Shown: positions 10,918-23,100 of the stretch, piece by piece
How the letters are laid out: each line of letters begins with the position of its first letter
Numbering within the stretch: the first letter of the stretch is position 1
Assembly: GCA_003427395.1 (NCBI GenBank)
Contig: BFEA01000033.1
Location: 3,115,913 to 3,179,912, forward strand
Length of the DNA stretch: 64,000 nt
Direction of reading: 5' to 3'
Source: Chara braunii
Taxonomy: Eukaryota; Plantae; Charophyceae
Notes under the pieces: model-generated
Seen by the model: the letters and a program-made list of their open reading frames with translations, nothing else
Databases searched by the model: none
Told to the model about the DNA's origin: nothing
Translations under genes and position numbers: made by a program

Positions 10918-13900
10918 TCTCGCTTTCCAGCCGAGGTCCTCAGTGAATGGACTCGGGTTTGGTAAGACGATGATCGAGGCAAAACGACAACCTTTAAATT
11001 AACTAATGCAACTTACGATATAAGAATTGAGTTACTGTAGGATGAACACTTAGGGTGTTACACGTATGAACAAAAATTGTGGAATCACGTCGACAATGCC
11101 AATAAATGTCGCATTGCTTGGTAGATAGGATACGTAAAGGTCATGTCCGTTGGCTAGGTCGTTTGTCATAGAGTCTGAGTACCAGATTATAAATTACAAA
11201 TAACCCTATTAGTCAGTATTTACACAGTCTGACCAGATCATCGAATTTTGAAGTCATAAGATATAGGTCTTAATGGTAGACCCGGTCTCTCAGCGGTTGT
11301 CTTACTGAGAGGATGTACCGTATGTCATATGATTCTATCATGATCTACTTGAGATAATTGTCTTCTCCAAGGCTCTATCTAATATGGTATGATGATGAGG
11401 GTATTTGCCTAGCAGGGTAGCTAATTCGTGAAGTTGTAATGGCAGAAGGTCATGCGCCTCTGTATGATAGGTGCATTTGGAGATAGTAAACGATGATATA
11501 TTAAGGGTCTGTCAAAATACAAAGGAGTCTTGGAGTTTAGAAGGACAAGCTTGAGGTATAGGACGTTGTAGCCTAGAAACCTGATTATAGACATACTGAG
11601 TGATGATTGGAATAGATAAATAGGATAAACTGAGAGATATTGTGCTTAGTTGCCTTGATAGCCAGGGGGTCAAATATTTAGTAGAGATCCGATTAAAATA
11701 TTATGTTAATCTGGTATGGAATCTGATTGATGAGGTTGCTTATTAAAAAGTATAATTTAACATTTAGAGGGTCATGAGATACAAATTAATTATCCATTTA
11801 GTGACTACCTAATCATTAAGGGACAAAATAGTATAGTAAACATAATATCAGGTCGTCTACATGAAAAGTAGGTGTCTGTTTGAGGTTGTATATGATAGAG
11901 TACGATGACGGCTTAGCTTTATGAGTCATTGCATAAAGAGTTTCATTATATCTATCTTATTTTTAAAGCTACGTGAATAGACTCGGATCGTTATCGATTG
12001 GTTACTCAATTCAACCGGAATATGGGAGTGTCTACTTTAGGATAACCCAACTCCTCGANCTTCAGTTTTATATAAAGAGTGATAAGATTACTTATTCTCA
12101 CAATGGTAAATGTATATGACATGGTATGAATGAATTTGTGTGGGAATGACTGATATTTGTTTCAAATGACATATCATTGTATGTTTTTGTTCTTGGTTGA
12201 GAGAAGTTTGAACTTGTTATGTATATAGTTATTGATTGCTTGACGACTGTTTGCGTCTGCCAGTGTATGTTTAAGAATTGCTTTCCTTAAAAAGGGGTAG
12301 GAAGGCTGCATGAAATCCACATTCGGCATGGGACCGAAGGTNAATGGAGTGACCAACCTTTGAANAGAANNAATTTTCTTACGTGAGGTCAGCATGCAGA
12401 ACNTGTCCTTTTGGGAGATTGCAACGTTGATTGATACCTTTGGCGGAGAGGTTTGAAGAGGGTATAGTTAAGTCNTATAGGCGGTAGTGAGACTCACGCC
12501 AGAACAATGTTCCTGGTCCCCAGTGGGGTGTTGTCATTTTTTCTTGCACAGGAGAGNTGACTANATTACCGTTGANAGTAAGGAAGGTGTTGTGATCGTA
12601 TCAAGANGNTGCTTGTAGAAAAGGCGACTGCTGTTCGCCACAAGGGAAGGAGTANTGACCTAACCGCGTGTCGAGCAGAGTCGTCTCACCTTCCTAGTCG
12701 AGGTCTCACTAACCGCGGCTATGGGAGGTGAGGTTGTCCTACTCTATTAAGAAGTCGATTAGTGGAGTCGCAACATCGGAATCGGAGGAAGATGTGGTGA
12801 GGCTCAGTCTTTGAAGCGGGGCTGGGATCTGGGATGTTATCCTTTCATCGGATTACACCACCCCTCGACACGATATACCCCTACTAAGCCTGAAGGAGTA
12901 ATATATTTTATGTCATTGTTATCATTTTCATTGTAAAACTTCGTTGTGATTCTGTTCTCGTGCAGTGTCAATTGTGACGATTGTTCTCATTAATAACGAA
13001 GTAACAGTTGTTGTTTGTTTGAATTGGTATGACTGATTGTTTTGGTATTGTATGAATTGTGATTATGTTCCTTACAGTCTCAAACATTTTTCTGCTATCA
13101 TAAGTTTATATTCCTTCTTTTGGCAGGAGAATGTCATTTACACTTGTATTGTAGAGGTTCGTGAAAACTGGGGGAATACACTGCGTACAGTAAAGAGTTG
13201 CTTATGACATGTTTCTTCATTGAGGATATCGATCTAGATGAATGAGTGTGACTGAGTTTTGATAACTGTCGTCGAAAGGTTTAATCCTTTTGGGGCAGTT
13301 TAGCTTAATTTTTCAGATATGAGTATTATGCGAACATTCGTGCAAAGTATTATTGATAGCAAAGCCTCAAGAATCAGTATGACGATGACCTAAACTGAGT
13401 TTTTGAACCTTGAAATTATTATTTTTAGACAGGCACGATAAGTGTCGTGCTTGCAAAGACATCAAAGGTATGTCTTGAAAGGTCGCCGCTCATTACTCTA
13501 TGTGGTTAGTCTGAGATAAGTTTGTGAGATCCAAACGAGGAANTCACTCGAATANGTCGATGTCTTGTNAGATATCTTTGCATCAATGGTAACGTGGAAG
13601 CCAACATTTTTTTTCATAAAACAAAAATTTTTGGTATATTTTCAAAAGATCCCCGAGACGCGTGTCTGACCGAGCTGTAATCAAGAATTGGAGGACACAA
13701 TCCCTGAGTGACAGCCTAACGATGGTCCTTGTTCATCCACCAAGTGGCAACCTGACAAGGATTAAAATNTTTTTNTTAACATCGTTCATCCACTTCAGGA
13801 GGTCAGTCTGAGGGACTTAATTACCAAGCCTGTGGTGAAAAATTGGCATCGTAGGGACGTAACTCCCGACGTGGGCTGCTNGCCAAGTATAACCAGGCAG

Positions 13901-14703
13901 CGGACCTTCTGGTTTTNGCCTGGAGTTGAGACNTGAGGGGTGACCACCTTGCTGAAGGANTCAANTCAGGTAGTTATCAGACGGGTCGGATGTAGTCTTT
14001 GATGATAGGACTTACCCGTCATTGCTCAACCAATACGGGAACTACTGTTAATATAACAAACATGGTAGGCCGCAGCTCCGGCCTGATCAGCAGGACTATG
14101 GTGGGTCAANATGGAGACTGCTCGNCCTCCTGTATTAGGCTTCGGGCAGGACAACTGGCAACTTTGGACATTAATGCCAAAAGTTNGATACCCAAGGTCT
14201 CGGTTAGGACCCGTGTTTGAGGGGTAAAGTTCGCCTGCGGACAAGAGACACTGAGGACAACCAACGATGACCTGGCCAAAAGTCTAAGGGTGTGAGGAAA
14301 GGAAAGGCGCGTTGTCATACTTAACTATTTCATGTACTGTAGTACGGATCAAGTATCCCCACTTGATGTCATATGTGGGAGATCCGGGTTAAAATCCCGG
14401 CAGTTATAATGAAAAGTGAGGTGACGACGTCAATCCTGAACCACACTTCCAGAGAATCGGATTTGGCTATCCACTTATCAAAAGATGCACCTTATTTTGG
14501 GAAAGGGACTTACCTTCTCTTCCAAGGAGAAANAGAGGNACCTNTNTTGTTTTGTATTGTATCACCTGTCCAGTGATGTTATCGATCTTGTCATATTTTA
14601 TCAGTTGATTTGATTACGGAAAACGATAAAAAAGGGGATTGTATGAACGATTGTGATAGACATCCCTAGCAACNGGGACGTCGCTTAATGGGGTCCGGGA
14701 TAC

Positions 14704-16520
14704 TGTCGGACCAAATNCCCTTACNAGGGTATTTGGCCATGTTTTTNCAATCGACACATCAATTGCATCGACCACCATGGTGGTGTCAGTCTGAAATTAA
14801 AAGTGTACGCGTTCTTCGCGCGGCACTTTGAAACGACTTTCCTCGACTGCTGAGGCCGGGGCAAAACGGTAAGAAAATTTCGTTAAGTATGCACGCGTGT
14901 TGTTGTGACGCGCGCTATGATAGTTAGGATTAATAGTAATACCCTCTGGCCGAAACGATTGAGGGGTTGATTGAGTTAATGCTGTGTCGGGGAGATCCAC
15001 GACACACGCTGCGACTTGGCCCGGTACCTGCCTACCTGCCAGTATTGGGCGTCTAAAAATACCAATGTTTGTCTTCCTCTACTCGGCCTCCGAGTCGGGT
15101 ACTCAACACATCTACCTTTACTTGGTATGACACTGACCTGCCTGCCACTTGAGTGTTTTTTTCGCCACGACCCTCAGTGTCGCGGCCATAGCTAGGTACC
15201 GGCGGCCTCTTTGCCTACCACTTGAGTGTTTTCCCCGCCTCGACCTTCACTGTCGAGGCCGCGGCTAAGTACCGGCCCTTCGGGCCGCTCAAAGCAACCT
15301 AGTGCCCTTACAGGGCACACACTCACTCAAGCCGACAAGCATTGGGACAGGCATGCAGGCCAGCAAGCAGGCACACACCCAAGCTTAGGAACGGGCTCGG
15401 GGCCACTAGGTGGGCTGAGCCCCAATCTTTTATATATACCCGAGCGGCTCCTTTTTTAGTCAGAATAGGAGCTAGCTAGTAGGTTTAGGGGTGGACTGTC
15501 ATACAGGAGGTACGTGGATGGAGTCCACCTGACCTCTGAGCGAGCTCCTTTTTAAGGAGGACTTCACTTTTATTTATCTAGGACTCGGTCGCTCGGGGCT
15601 TGAACCCGCGACCCCTAGTTTCAGTTAGTTGCAGTTAAAGCCCGTCGTGACAAATGGCACAACAGGGTAGTTTGGTAGTTAGATTTTCTCTTGTTTTTTT
15701 TCATTGTTTTTCTTTTCTTNTTTATGCTTTTCTCTTCTAGATTTTTTTTTTTTTTTTTTTTTTTTTTGGTTTATTTNCCCTCCCNGATCTCGTATGAGAA
15801 ACCTTTTTGAATTTGTCGAAGAACNCGGGGCAGATTCATTCCCGGGATTTTTCCAACGTCCGCGCCGGTACCCGTTCGACACATGCNAAGAGGAGACGAG
15901 GGACTCGGAGACAGGGAACGAAGAGAGACGACTACGGGGCGGTGGCGCAAGCGAGGAGGAAGTGCGNAGAACAGTGCAAGGCGCGCGAAGAGCATGGAGG
16001 GNACAACGAGCGCGATGGAGATAGCGATCGCGCGAGGGTGGAGATGACCGTGCGGTAGGAAGAAAAAGCAACAGCGGGGGCGACGTACNTGAGGCACAGG
16101 GAGCANCGAGGAGTTAGCGTGGGGAGTAGGAAAGGTGAACCACGAGGAGGTAGGAGAAGATCGCGCGGAGGAAGAAGAAAGCACAATGGAGTAGGAAAAG
16201 AAAGAGCGAGAAGAAGAAGAAGAAGAAGAAGGAGAGAGAAGGAGGAAGGAGAAAGAGAAGTAGAATGAGAAGAAGGAGGAGGAAGAGGAGTAAAAGGGAG
16301 AAAGTGACTTAGGAAGAGGAGTAAAAGGGAGAAGGTGACTTACCTGACAGTAGGTGTGTCCTCCCTTGTAGTCGCAGAAGGCGACATGAAAGATAGGCCG
16401 TCATCACGCGACTTGCTCGCGAGCTTATGCCTGTCGCGTGCCCCATGGCCTGGTCTCGACGGATCTTGATGCGTTGCTTTGAGGGATGACGACAGCAAGA
16501 AGATAAGATAAGGTACGTCT
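14704..16520 (+). repeat. 3' LTR of element A, first ~1.8 kb
   Basis: Direct repeat of 994-2810; near-identical reverse complement of ~20855-22645. Confidence 0.85.
15468..15553 (+). ncRNA. Copy of the putative Pol III small RNA (deletion in A box)
   Basis: GGAGCTAGCT-AGTAGG ... TGAGCGAGCTCCTTTTT. Confidence 0.35.
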
Positions 16521-16720
16521 CAAGCCGACCCTTCGGGTCTCTCAAAGCAACCTAGTGCCCTTACAGGGCACACACTCACTCAAGCCGACAAGCATTGGGA
16601 CACGCATGCACGCCAGCAAGCAGGCACATCACCAAGCTTAGGAACAGGCTTAGGGCCACTAGGTGGGCTGAGCCCCAATCTTTTATATATACCCGAGCGG
16701 CTCCTTTTTTTGTTAGAATA

Positions 16721-16807
16721 GGAGCTAGCTCAGTAGGTTTAGGGGTGGACTGTTATACAGGAGGTACGAGGATGGAGTCCACCCGACCTTTGAGCGAGCT
16801 CCTTTTT
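16721..16807 (+). ncRNA. Copy of the putative Pol III small RNA
   Basis: 5' GGAGCTAGCTCA pairs 11/12 with TGAGCGAGCTCC, immediately followed by TTTTT. Confidence 0.5.
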
Positions 16808-18578
16808 AAGGAGGACTTCACTTTTATTTATCTAGGACTCGGTCGCCCGGGGCTTGAACCCGCGACCTCTAGTTTAAGTTAGTTGGAGTTAAAGCCCGTC
16901 GTGACAAATGGCACGACAGGGTAGTTTGACAGTTAGATTTTCTCTTGTTTTTTTTCATTGTTTTTCTTTTCTTCTTTATGCTTTTCTCTTCTAGATTTCT
17001 TTTGTTTATTATTATTTTTTTTTGTTTATTTCCCCTCCCCGATCTCGTATGAGAAACCTTTTTGAATTTGTCGAAGAACCCGGGGCAGATTCATTCCCGG
17101 GATTTTCCCGACGTCCGCGCTGGTACCCGTTCGACACATGCCAGGAGGAGACGAGGGACTCGGAGACAGGGAACGAAGAGAGACGACTACGGGGCGGTGG
17201 CGCAAGCGGGGAGGAAGTGCGCAGAAGAGTGCAAGGCGTGCGGAAAGCATAGAGGGGACAACGAGCGCGATGGAGATAGCGATCGCGTGAGGGTGGAGAT
17301 GGCCGTGCGGTAGGAAGAGAAAGCAACAGTGGGTCGACGTACCTGAGGCACAGGGAGCAGCGAGGAGTTAGCGTGGGGAGTAGGAACGGGGAACCACGTA
17401 GAGGTAGGAGAAGACCGCGCGGAGGAAGAAGAAAGCACAATGAAGTAGAAGAAGAAAGAGAGAGAAGAAGAAGAAGAAGAAGGAGAGAGAAGGAGGAAGG
17501 AGAAAGAGAAGGAGAATGAGAAGAAGGAGACGGAGGAGGAGGAGGAAAAGCGAGAAGGTGACTTACCTGGCAGTAGGTGCGGCCTCCCTTGTAGTCGCCA
17601 AAGGCGACATGAAAGATAGGCCGTCATCACGCGACTTGTTCGCTCGCTTGTGCCTGTCTCGTGCCCCATGGCGTGGTCTCGGCGGATCTTGATGCGTTGC
17701 TTTGAGGGATGACGACAACAAGAAGATAAGATAAGGTAAGTCTCCTGCCCTGCGAATGACCTCTAGCTACTTTCATCGAATAGGATGCGCAGATCCGAAT
17801 GAATTTATCGATAGTTTGAGGAAATGTACATTGCTACTCCCGTTTGTTTGTATAAGTATGTGTTTGTGTGTGTATGAGTGTGTGTCTATGATAAGGGAAA
17901 GATAATGTAAGCCTCCGATCTTACAGCCTACCCGCGCTACTTTCATCGAAAAGTATGAGCAACTTGATTGAATCTACCGAAACACCACTACTATAGAGTG
18001 TGCGCGTGCGAATATGTACGTGAGCACATGTGTTAGTGTGTGTGTGTCCGATCGCGCAGCTGATCCCGCTACTTCCATTGATAGGAAGAGCGACAACGAA
18101 TGAATCTATACTTCAACTATGTGTGTGTGTATATGTGAGTGTGTATGTGTGTGTGTGAGAGAGAGGGAGAAAGAGTTCTTCTTCTTCCTCCTCTAAGTCC
18201 GCCATCTCTCCCTCACCCTCTCGCTACCTGACCTCTCAAACATCTGCGGACTACGTGTGAGAGAGAGAGAGGGAGAGAGAAAGAGGGAGAGAGAAGGTGA
18301 GGAAAAAGGTCGGAGAGGGAAAGAGAAGGAGGAGGTGAGAAAGATCGGAGAAGGAGGAGGAGGAGAAAGGAGAAGAAGGCGAAGAAGAAGGAGATAGGGA
18401 GGAAGAAGGAGTACTGCGATCGGCTCGCTGAGCAGCTTACCGTGCAGCGGGTAAAGTTGCCCAGGCCGCAGCTGGCTTCGCGCAGCCACCATCGAAAAGG
18501 ACGAGCGATATCAATCGAAACTTTTTGCTGCCACATCCAAATATTCGCCATTACATGTGTGCGTGTGTGTGAGTATGT

Positions 18579-18670
<92 letters not shown>

Positions 18671-19000
18671 NNNNNNNNNNNNNNNNNNNNNNNNNNNNNN
18701 NNNNNNNNNNNNNNNNNNNNNNNNNNNNNNNNNNNNNNNNNNNNNNNNNNNNNNNNNNNNNNNNNNNNNNNNNNNNNNNNNNNNNNNNNNNNNNNNNNNN
18801 NNNNNNNNNNNNNNNNNNNNNNNNNNNNNNNNNNNNNNNNNNNNNNNNNNNNNNNNNNNNNNNNNNNNNNNNNNNNNNNNNNNNNNNNNNNNNNNNNNNN
18901 NNNNNNNNNNNNNNNNNNNNNNNNNNNNNNNNNNNNNNNNNNNNNNNNNNNNNNNNNNNNNNNNNNNNNNNNNNNNNNNNNNNNNNNNNNNNNNNNNNNN
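18671..19000. other. Assembly gap (330 N) between (GA)n and (TG)n
   Basis: N run; the homologous position 3727-3815 holds ~90 bp of unique sequence between the same microsatellites. Confidence 0.98.
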
Positions 19001-19091
<91 letters not shown>

Positions 19092-19758
19092 CCGAGTTAC
19101 ATACCTGGGCCAGCGCGTGCTACACTGATGAATCCAACGGGTCGATTGCCTGGGTCAAAAGGACTGAGCAATCTTCCTAAGGTTCATCGTGTCGGGGATA
19201 GATTGTTGTAATTATCGATCTTGAACGAGGAGTGCCCAATAAGCGCGAGTCATCAGCTCGCGCTGATTACGTCCCTGCCCTTGGTACGCACCGACCGTCG
19301 CTCCTACCGATTGAATGGTCCAGTGAAGTGTCTGGGTTGCGGTGATCTTGGCGGTCTGCCGATGGGGGTGCACGTGGCATACTGTGTGTGGGGGATCGAG
19401 GTTGTGAGTGATGCGACGGACATACCTGGTGCTTGGTGCGACGGCGTGGTCCGAGATCTGCTCATACTTCGGGAGAGCTGTTGACGACAACAACTGCATC
19501 GTAGTTGTAGGCTAGATAGGATCTGTCAGTTGTAGACTGGGCGTAGAGCGCCAGATAGGATATCACCATTGGGTCTTCGTTGATGATGATGATGAGACTA
19601 TTCCAGCATTGTCAATTATGAGTTTTTAGTGTGCTCACAATTCTGCTTTTTGTTCGGGGTCACGAGGATTTGGTCTCAAGTGTATGAAGCTGCTTGGTTT
19701 CTGAAGTTTGCTATCGCTCATTTTTCTTGCATTATGATTATGATTATGATTGTTATTA

Positions 19759-19799
<41 letters not shown>

Positions 19800-20127
19800 T
19801 TATTGCTATTTCATCCTAGCAGGATAGTGACTATGTGCGTTTGAAGGAAAAGAGCCGGAATGGAACACCGTGTAGGGGAGAAAAAAGTACTCACGGGAAA
19901 GAGGGAGGGTGTGAAAGAAAACCGAGGAAGTGTGAGGTAGGAGAAAGAGAGACGAATGATGATAATGATGATGATGTGAAGACACATACCTGGTATTGGC
20001 GATGGTCTGCACGGGGCAACATCCTCAAGTACTTCGGATGAGCCGCTGACGTCAACGGGATGCATCGTCAATTAGTGGGCTAGTAGTAGCTGTGTAGGGA
20101 AGTTGGCTGGCGTCAAGCACCAAGTCG

Positions 20128-23100
20128 GCTGCGGCCTCGGCGACTTTACCCGCTGCACGGTAAGCTGCTCAACGAGCAGATCGCAGTACTCCTTCTTTCT
20201 TCCTATCTCCTTCTTCTTCGCCTTCTTCTCCTTTCTTCTCCTCCTCCTTCTTCGATCTTTCTCACCTCCTCCTTCTCTTTCCCTCTCCGACCTTTCTCCT
20301 CTCCTTTTCTCTCCCTCTTTCTCTCTCCCTTTCTCTCTCTCACACGTAGTCCACAAATGTCTGAGAGGTCAGGTAGTGAGAGGGTGAGGGAGAGATGGCG
20401 GACTTAGAGGAGGAAGAAGAAGAACTCTTTCTCCCTCTCTCTCACACACACACATACACACTCACATATACACACACATAGTTAAAGTATAGATTCATTC
20501 GTTGTCGCTCTTCCTATCGATGGAGGTAGCGGGATCAGTTGCGCGATCGGACACACACATACTAACACATGTGCTCACGTACACATTCGCACGCGCACAC
20601 TCTGTAGTCGTGGTATTTCGGTAGATTCAATCAAGTCGCTCATACTTTTCGATGGAAGTAGCGCGGGTAGGCTGTAAGATCGGAGGCTTACATTATCTTT
20701 CCCTTTATCACACACACACTCTCATACACTCACAAACACATACTTATACAAACAAACGGGAGTAGCAATGTACATTTCCTCGTTCTATCTATCAATTCAT
20801 TCGGATTTGCGCATCCTATTCGATGAAAGTAGCTAGAGGTCAGTCGCGGGGCAGGAGACGTACCTTATCTTATCTTCTTGCTGTCGTCATCCCTCAAAGC
20901 AACGCATCAAGATCCGTCGAGACCAGGCCATGGGGCATGCGACAGGCATAAGCGCGCGAGCAAGTCGCGTGATGACGGCCTATCTTTCATGTCGCCTTCT
21001 GCGACTACAAGGGAGGCCACACCTACTGTCAGGTAAGTCACCTTCTCCCTTTTACTCATCTTCCTCCTTCTCCTTCTTCTCATTCTACTTCTCTTTCTCC
21101 TTCCTCCTTCTCTCTCCTTCTTCTTCTTCTTCTTCTTGTCGCTCTTTCTTTTCCTACTCCATTGTGCTTTCTTCTTCCTCCGCGCGATCTTCTCCTACCT
21201 CCTCGTGGTTCACCTTTCCTACTCCCCACGCTAACTCCTCGCTGCTCCCTGTGCCTCAGGTACGTCGCCCCCGCTGTTGCTTTTTCTTCCTACCGCACGG
21301 TCATCTCCACCCTCGCGCGATCGCTATCTCCATCGCGCTCGTTGTGCCCTCCATGCTCTTCGCGCGCCTTGCACTGTTCTGCGCACTTCCTCCTCGCTTG
21401 CGCCACCGCCCCGTAGTCGTCTCTCTTCGTTCCCTGTCTCCGAGTCCCTCGTCTCCTCTTCGCATGTGTCGAACGGGTACCGGCGCGGACGTTGGAAAAA
21501 TCCCGGGAATGAATCTGCCCCGGGTTCTTCGACAAATTCAAAAAGGTTTCTCATACGAGATCGGGGAGGGAAAATAAACCAAAAAAAAAAAAAAAAAAAA
21601 AAAAAATCTAGAAGAGAAAAGCATAAAGAAGAAAAGAAAAACAATGAAAAAAAACAAGAGAAAATCTAACTACCAAACTACCCTGTTGTGCCATTTGTCA
21701 CGACGGGCTTTAACTGCAACTAACTGAAACTAGGGGTCGCGGGTTCAAGCCCCGGGCGACCGAGTCCTAGATAAATAAAAGTGAAGTCCTCCTTAAAAAG
21801 GGAGCTCGCTCAGAGGTCAGGTGGACTCCATCCACGTACCTCCTGTATGACAGTCCACCCCTAAACCTACTAGCTAGCTCCTATTCTGACTAAAAAAGGA
21901 GCCGCTCGGGTATATATAAAAGATTGGGGCTCAGCCCACCTAGTGGCCCCGAGCCCGTTCCTAAGCTTGGGTGTGTGCCTGCTTGCTGGCCTGCATGCCT
22001 GTCCCAATGCTTGTCGGCTTGAGTGAGTGTGTGCCCTGTAAGGGCACTAGGTTGCTTTGAGCGGCCCGAAGGGCCGGTACTTAGCCGCGGCCTCGACAGT
22101 GAAGGTCGAGGCGGGGAAAACACTCAAGTGGTAGGCAAAGAGGCCGCCGGTACCTAGCTATGGCCGCGACACTGAGGGTCGTGGCGAAAAAAACACTCAA
22201 GTGGCAGGCAGGTCAGTGTCATACCAAGTAAAGGTAGATGTGTTGAGTACCCGACTCGGAGGCCGAGTAGAGGAAGACAAACATTGGTATTTTTAGACGC
22301 CCAATACTGGCAGGTAGGCAGGTACCGGGCCAAGTCGCAGCGTGTGTCGTGGATCTCCCCGACACAGCATTAACTCAATCAACCCCTCAATCGTTTCGGC
22401 CAGAGGGTATTACTATTAATCCTAACTATCATAGCGCGCGTCACAACAACACGCGTGCATACTTAACGAAATTTTCTTACCGTTTTGCCCCGGCCTCAGC
22501 AGTCGAGGAAAGTCGTTTCAAAGTGCCGCGCGAAGAACGCGTACACTTTTAATTTCAGACTGACACCACCATGGTGGTCGATGCAATTGATGTGTCGATT
22601 GNAAAAACATGGCCAAATACCCTNGTAAGGGNATTTGGTCCGACAGTATCCCGGACCCCATTAAGCGACGTCCCNGTTGCTAGGGATGTCTATCACAATC
22701 GTTCATACAATCCCCTTTTTTATCGTTTTCCGTAATCAAATCAACTGATAAAATATGACAAGATCGATAACATCACTGGACAGGTGATACAATACAAAAC
22801 AANANAGGTNCCTCTNTTTCTCCTTGGAAGAGAAGGTAAGTCCCTTTCCCAAAATAAGGTGCATCTTTTGATAAGTGGATAGCCAAATCCGATTCTCTGG
22901 AAGTGTGGTTCAGGATTGACGTCGTCACCTCACTTTTCATTATAACTGCCGGGATTTTAACCCGGATCTCCCACATATGACATCAAGTGGGGATACTTGA
23001 TCCGTACTACAGTACATGAAATAGTTAAGTATGACAACGCGCCTTTCCTTTCCTCACACCCTTAGACTTTTGGCCAGGTCATCGTTGGTTGTCCTCAGTG

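Larger units (their letters stand above)
16525..20127 (+). repeat. LTR segment homologous to 1556-4948
   Basis: High-identity direct repeat of LTR A 1556-4948; contains the N gap. Confidence 0.85.

Noticed and set aside
11051-11062. GGGTGTTACA as the LTR end
   Set aside because: No PBS follows and it is not conserved in element C; GCGACA plus PBS at 10897 fits all copies.
11460-11520. Possible reverse transcriptase YxDD remnant (LEIVNDDILRV)
   Set aside because: Too short and not supported by recognisable flanking RT motifs; needs a frameshift-aware search.
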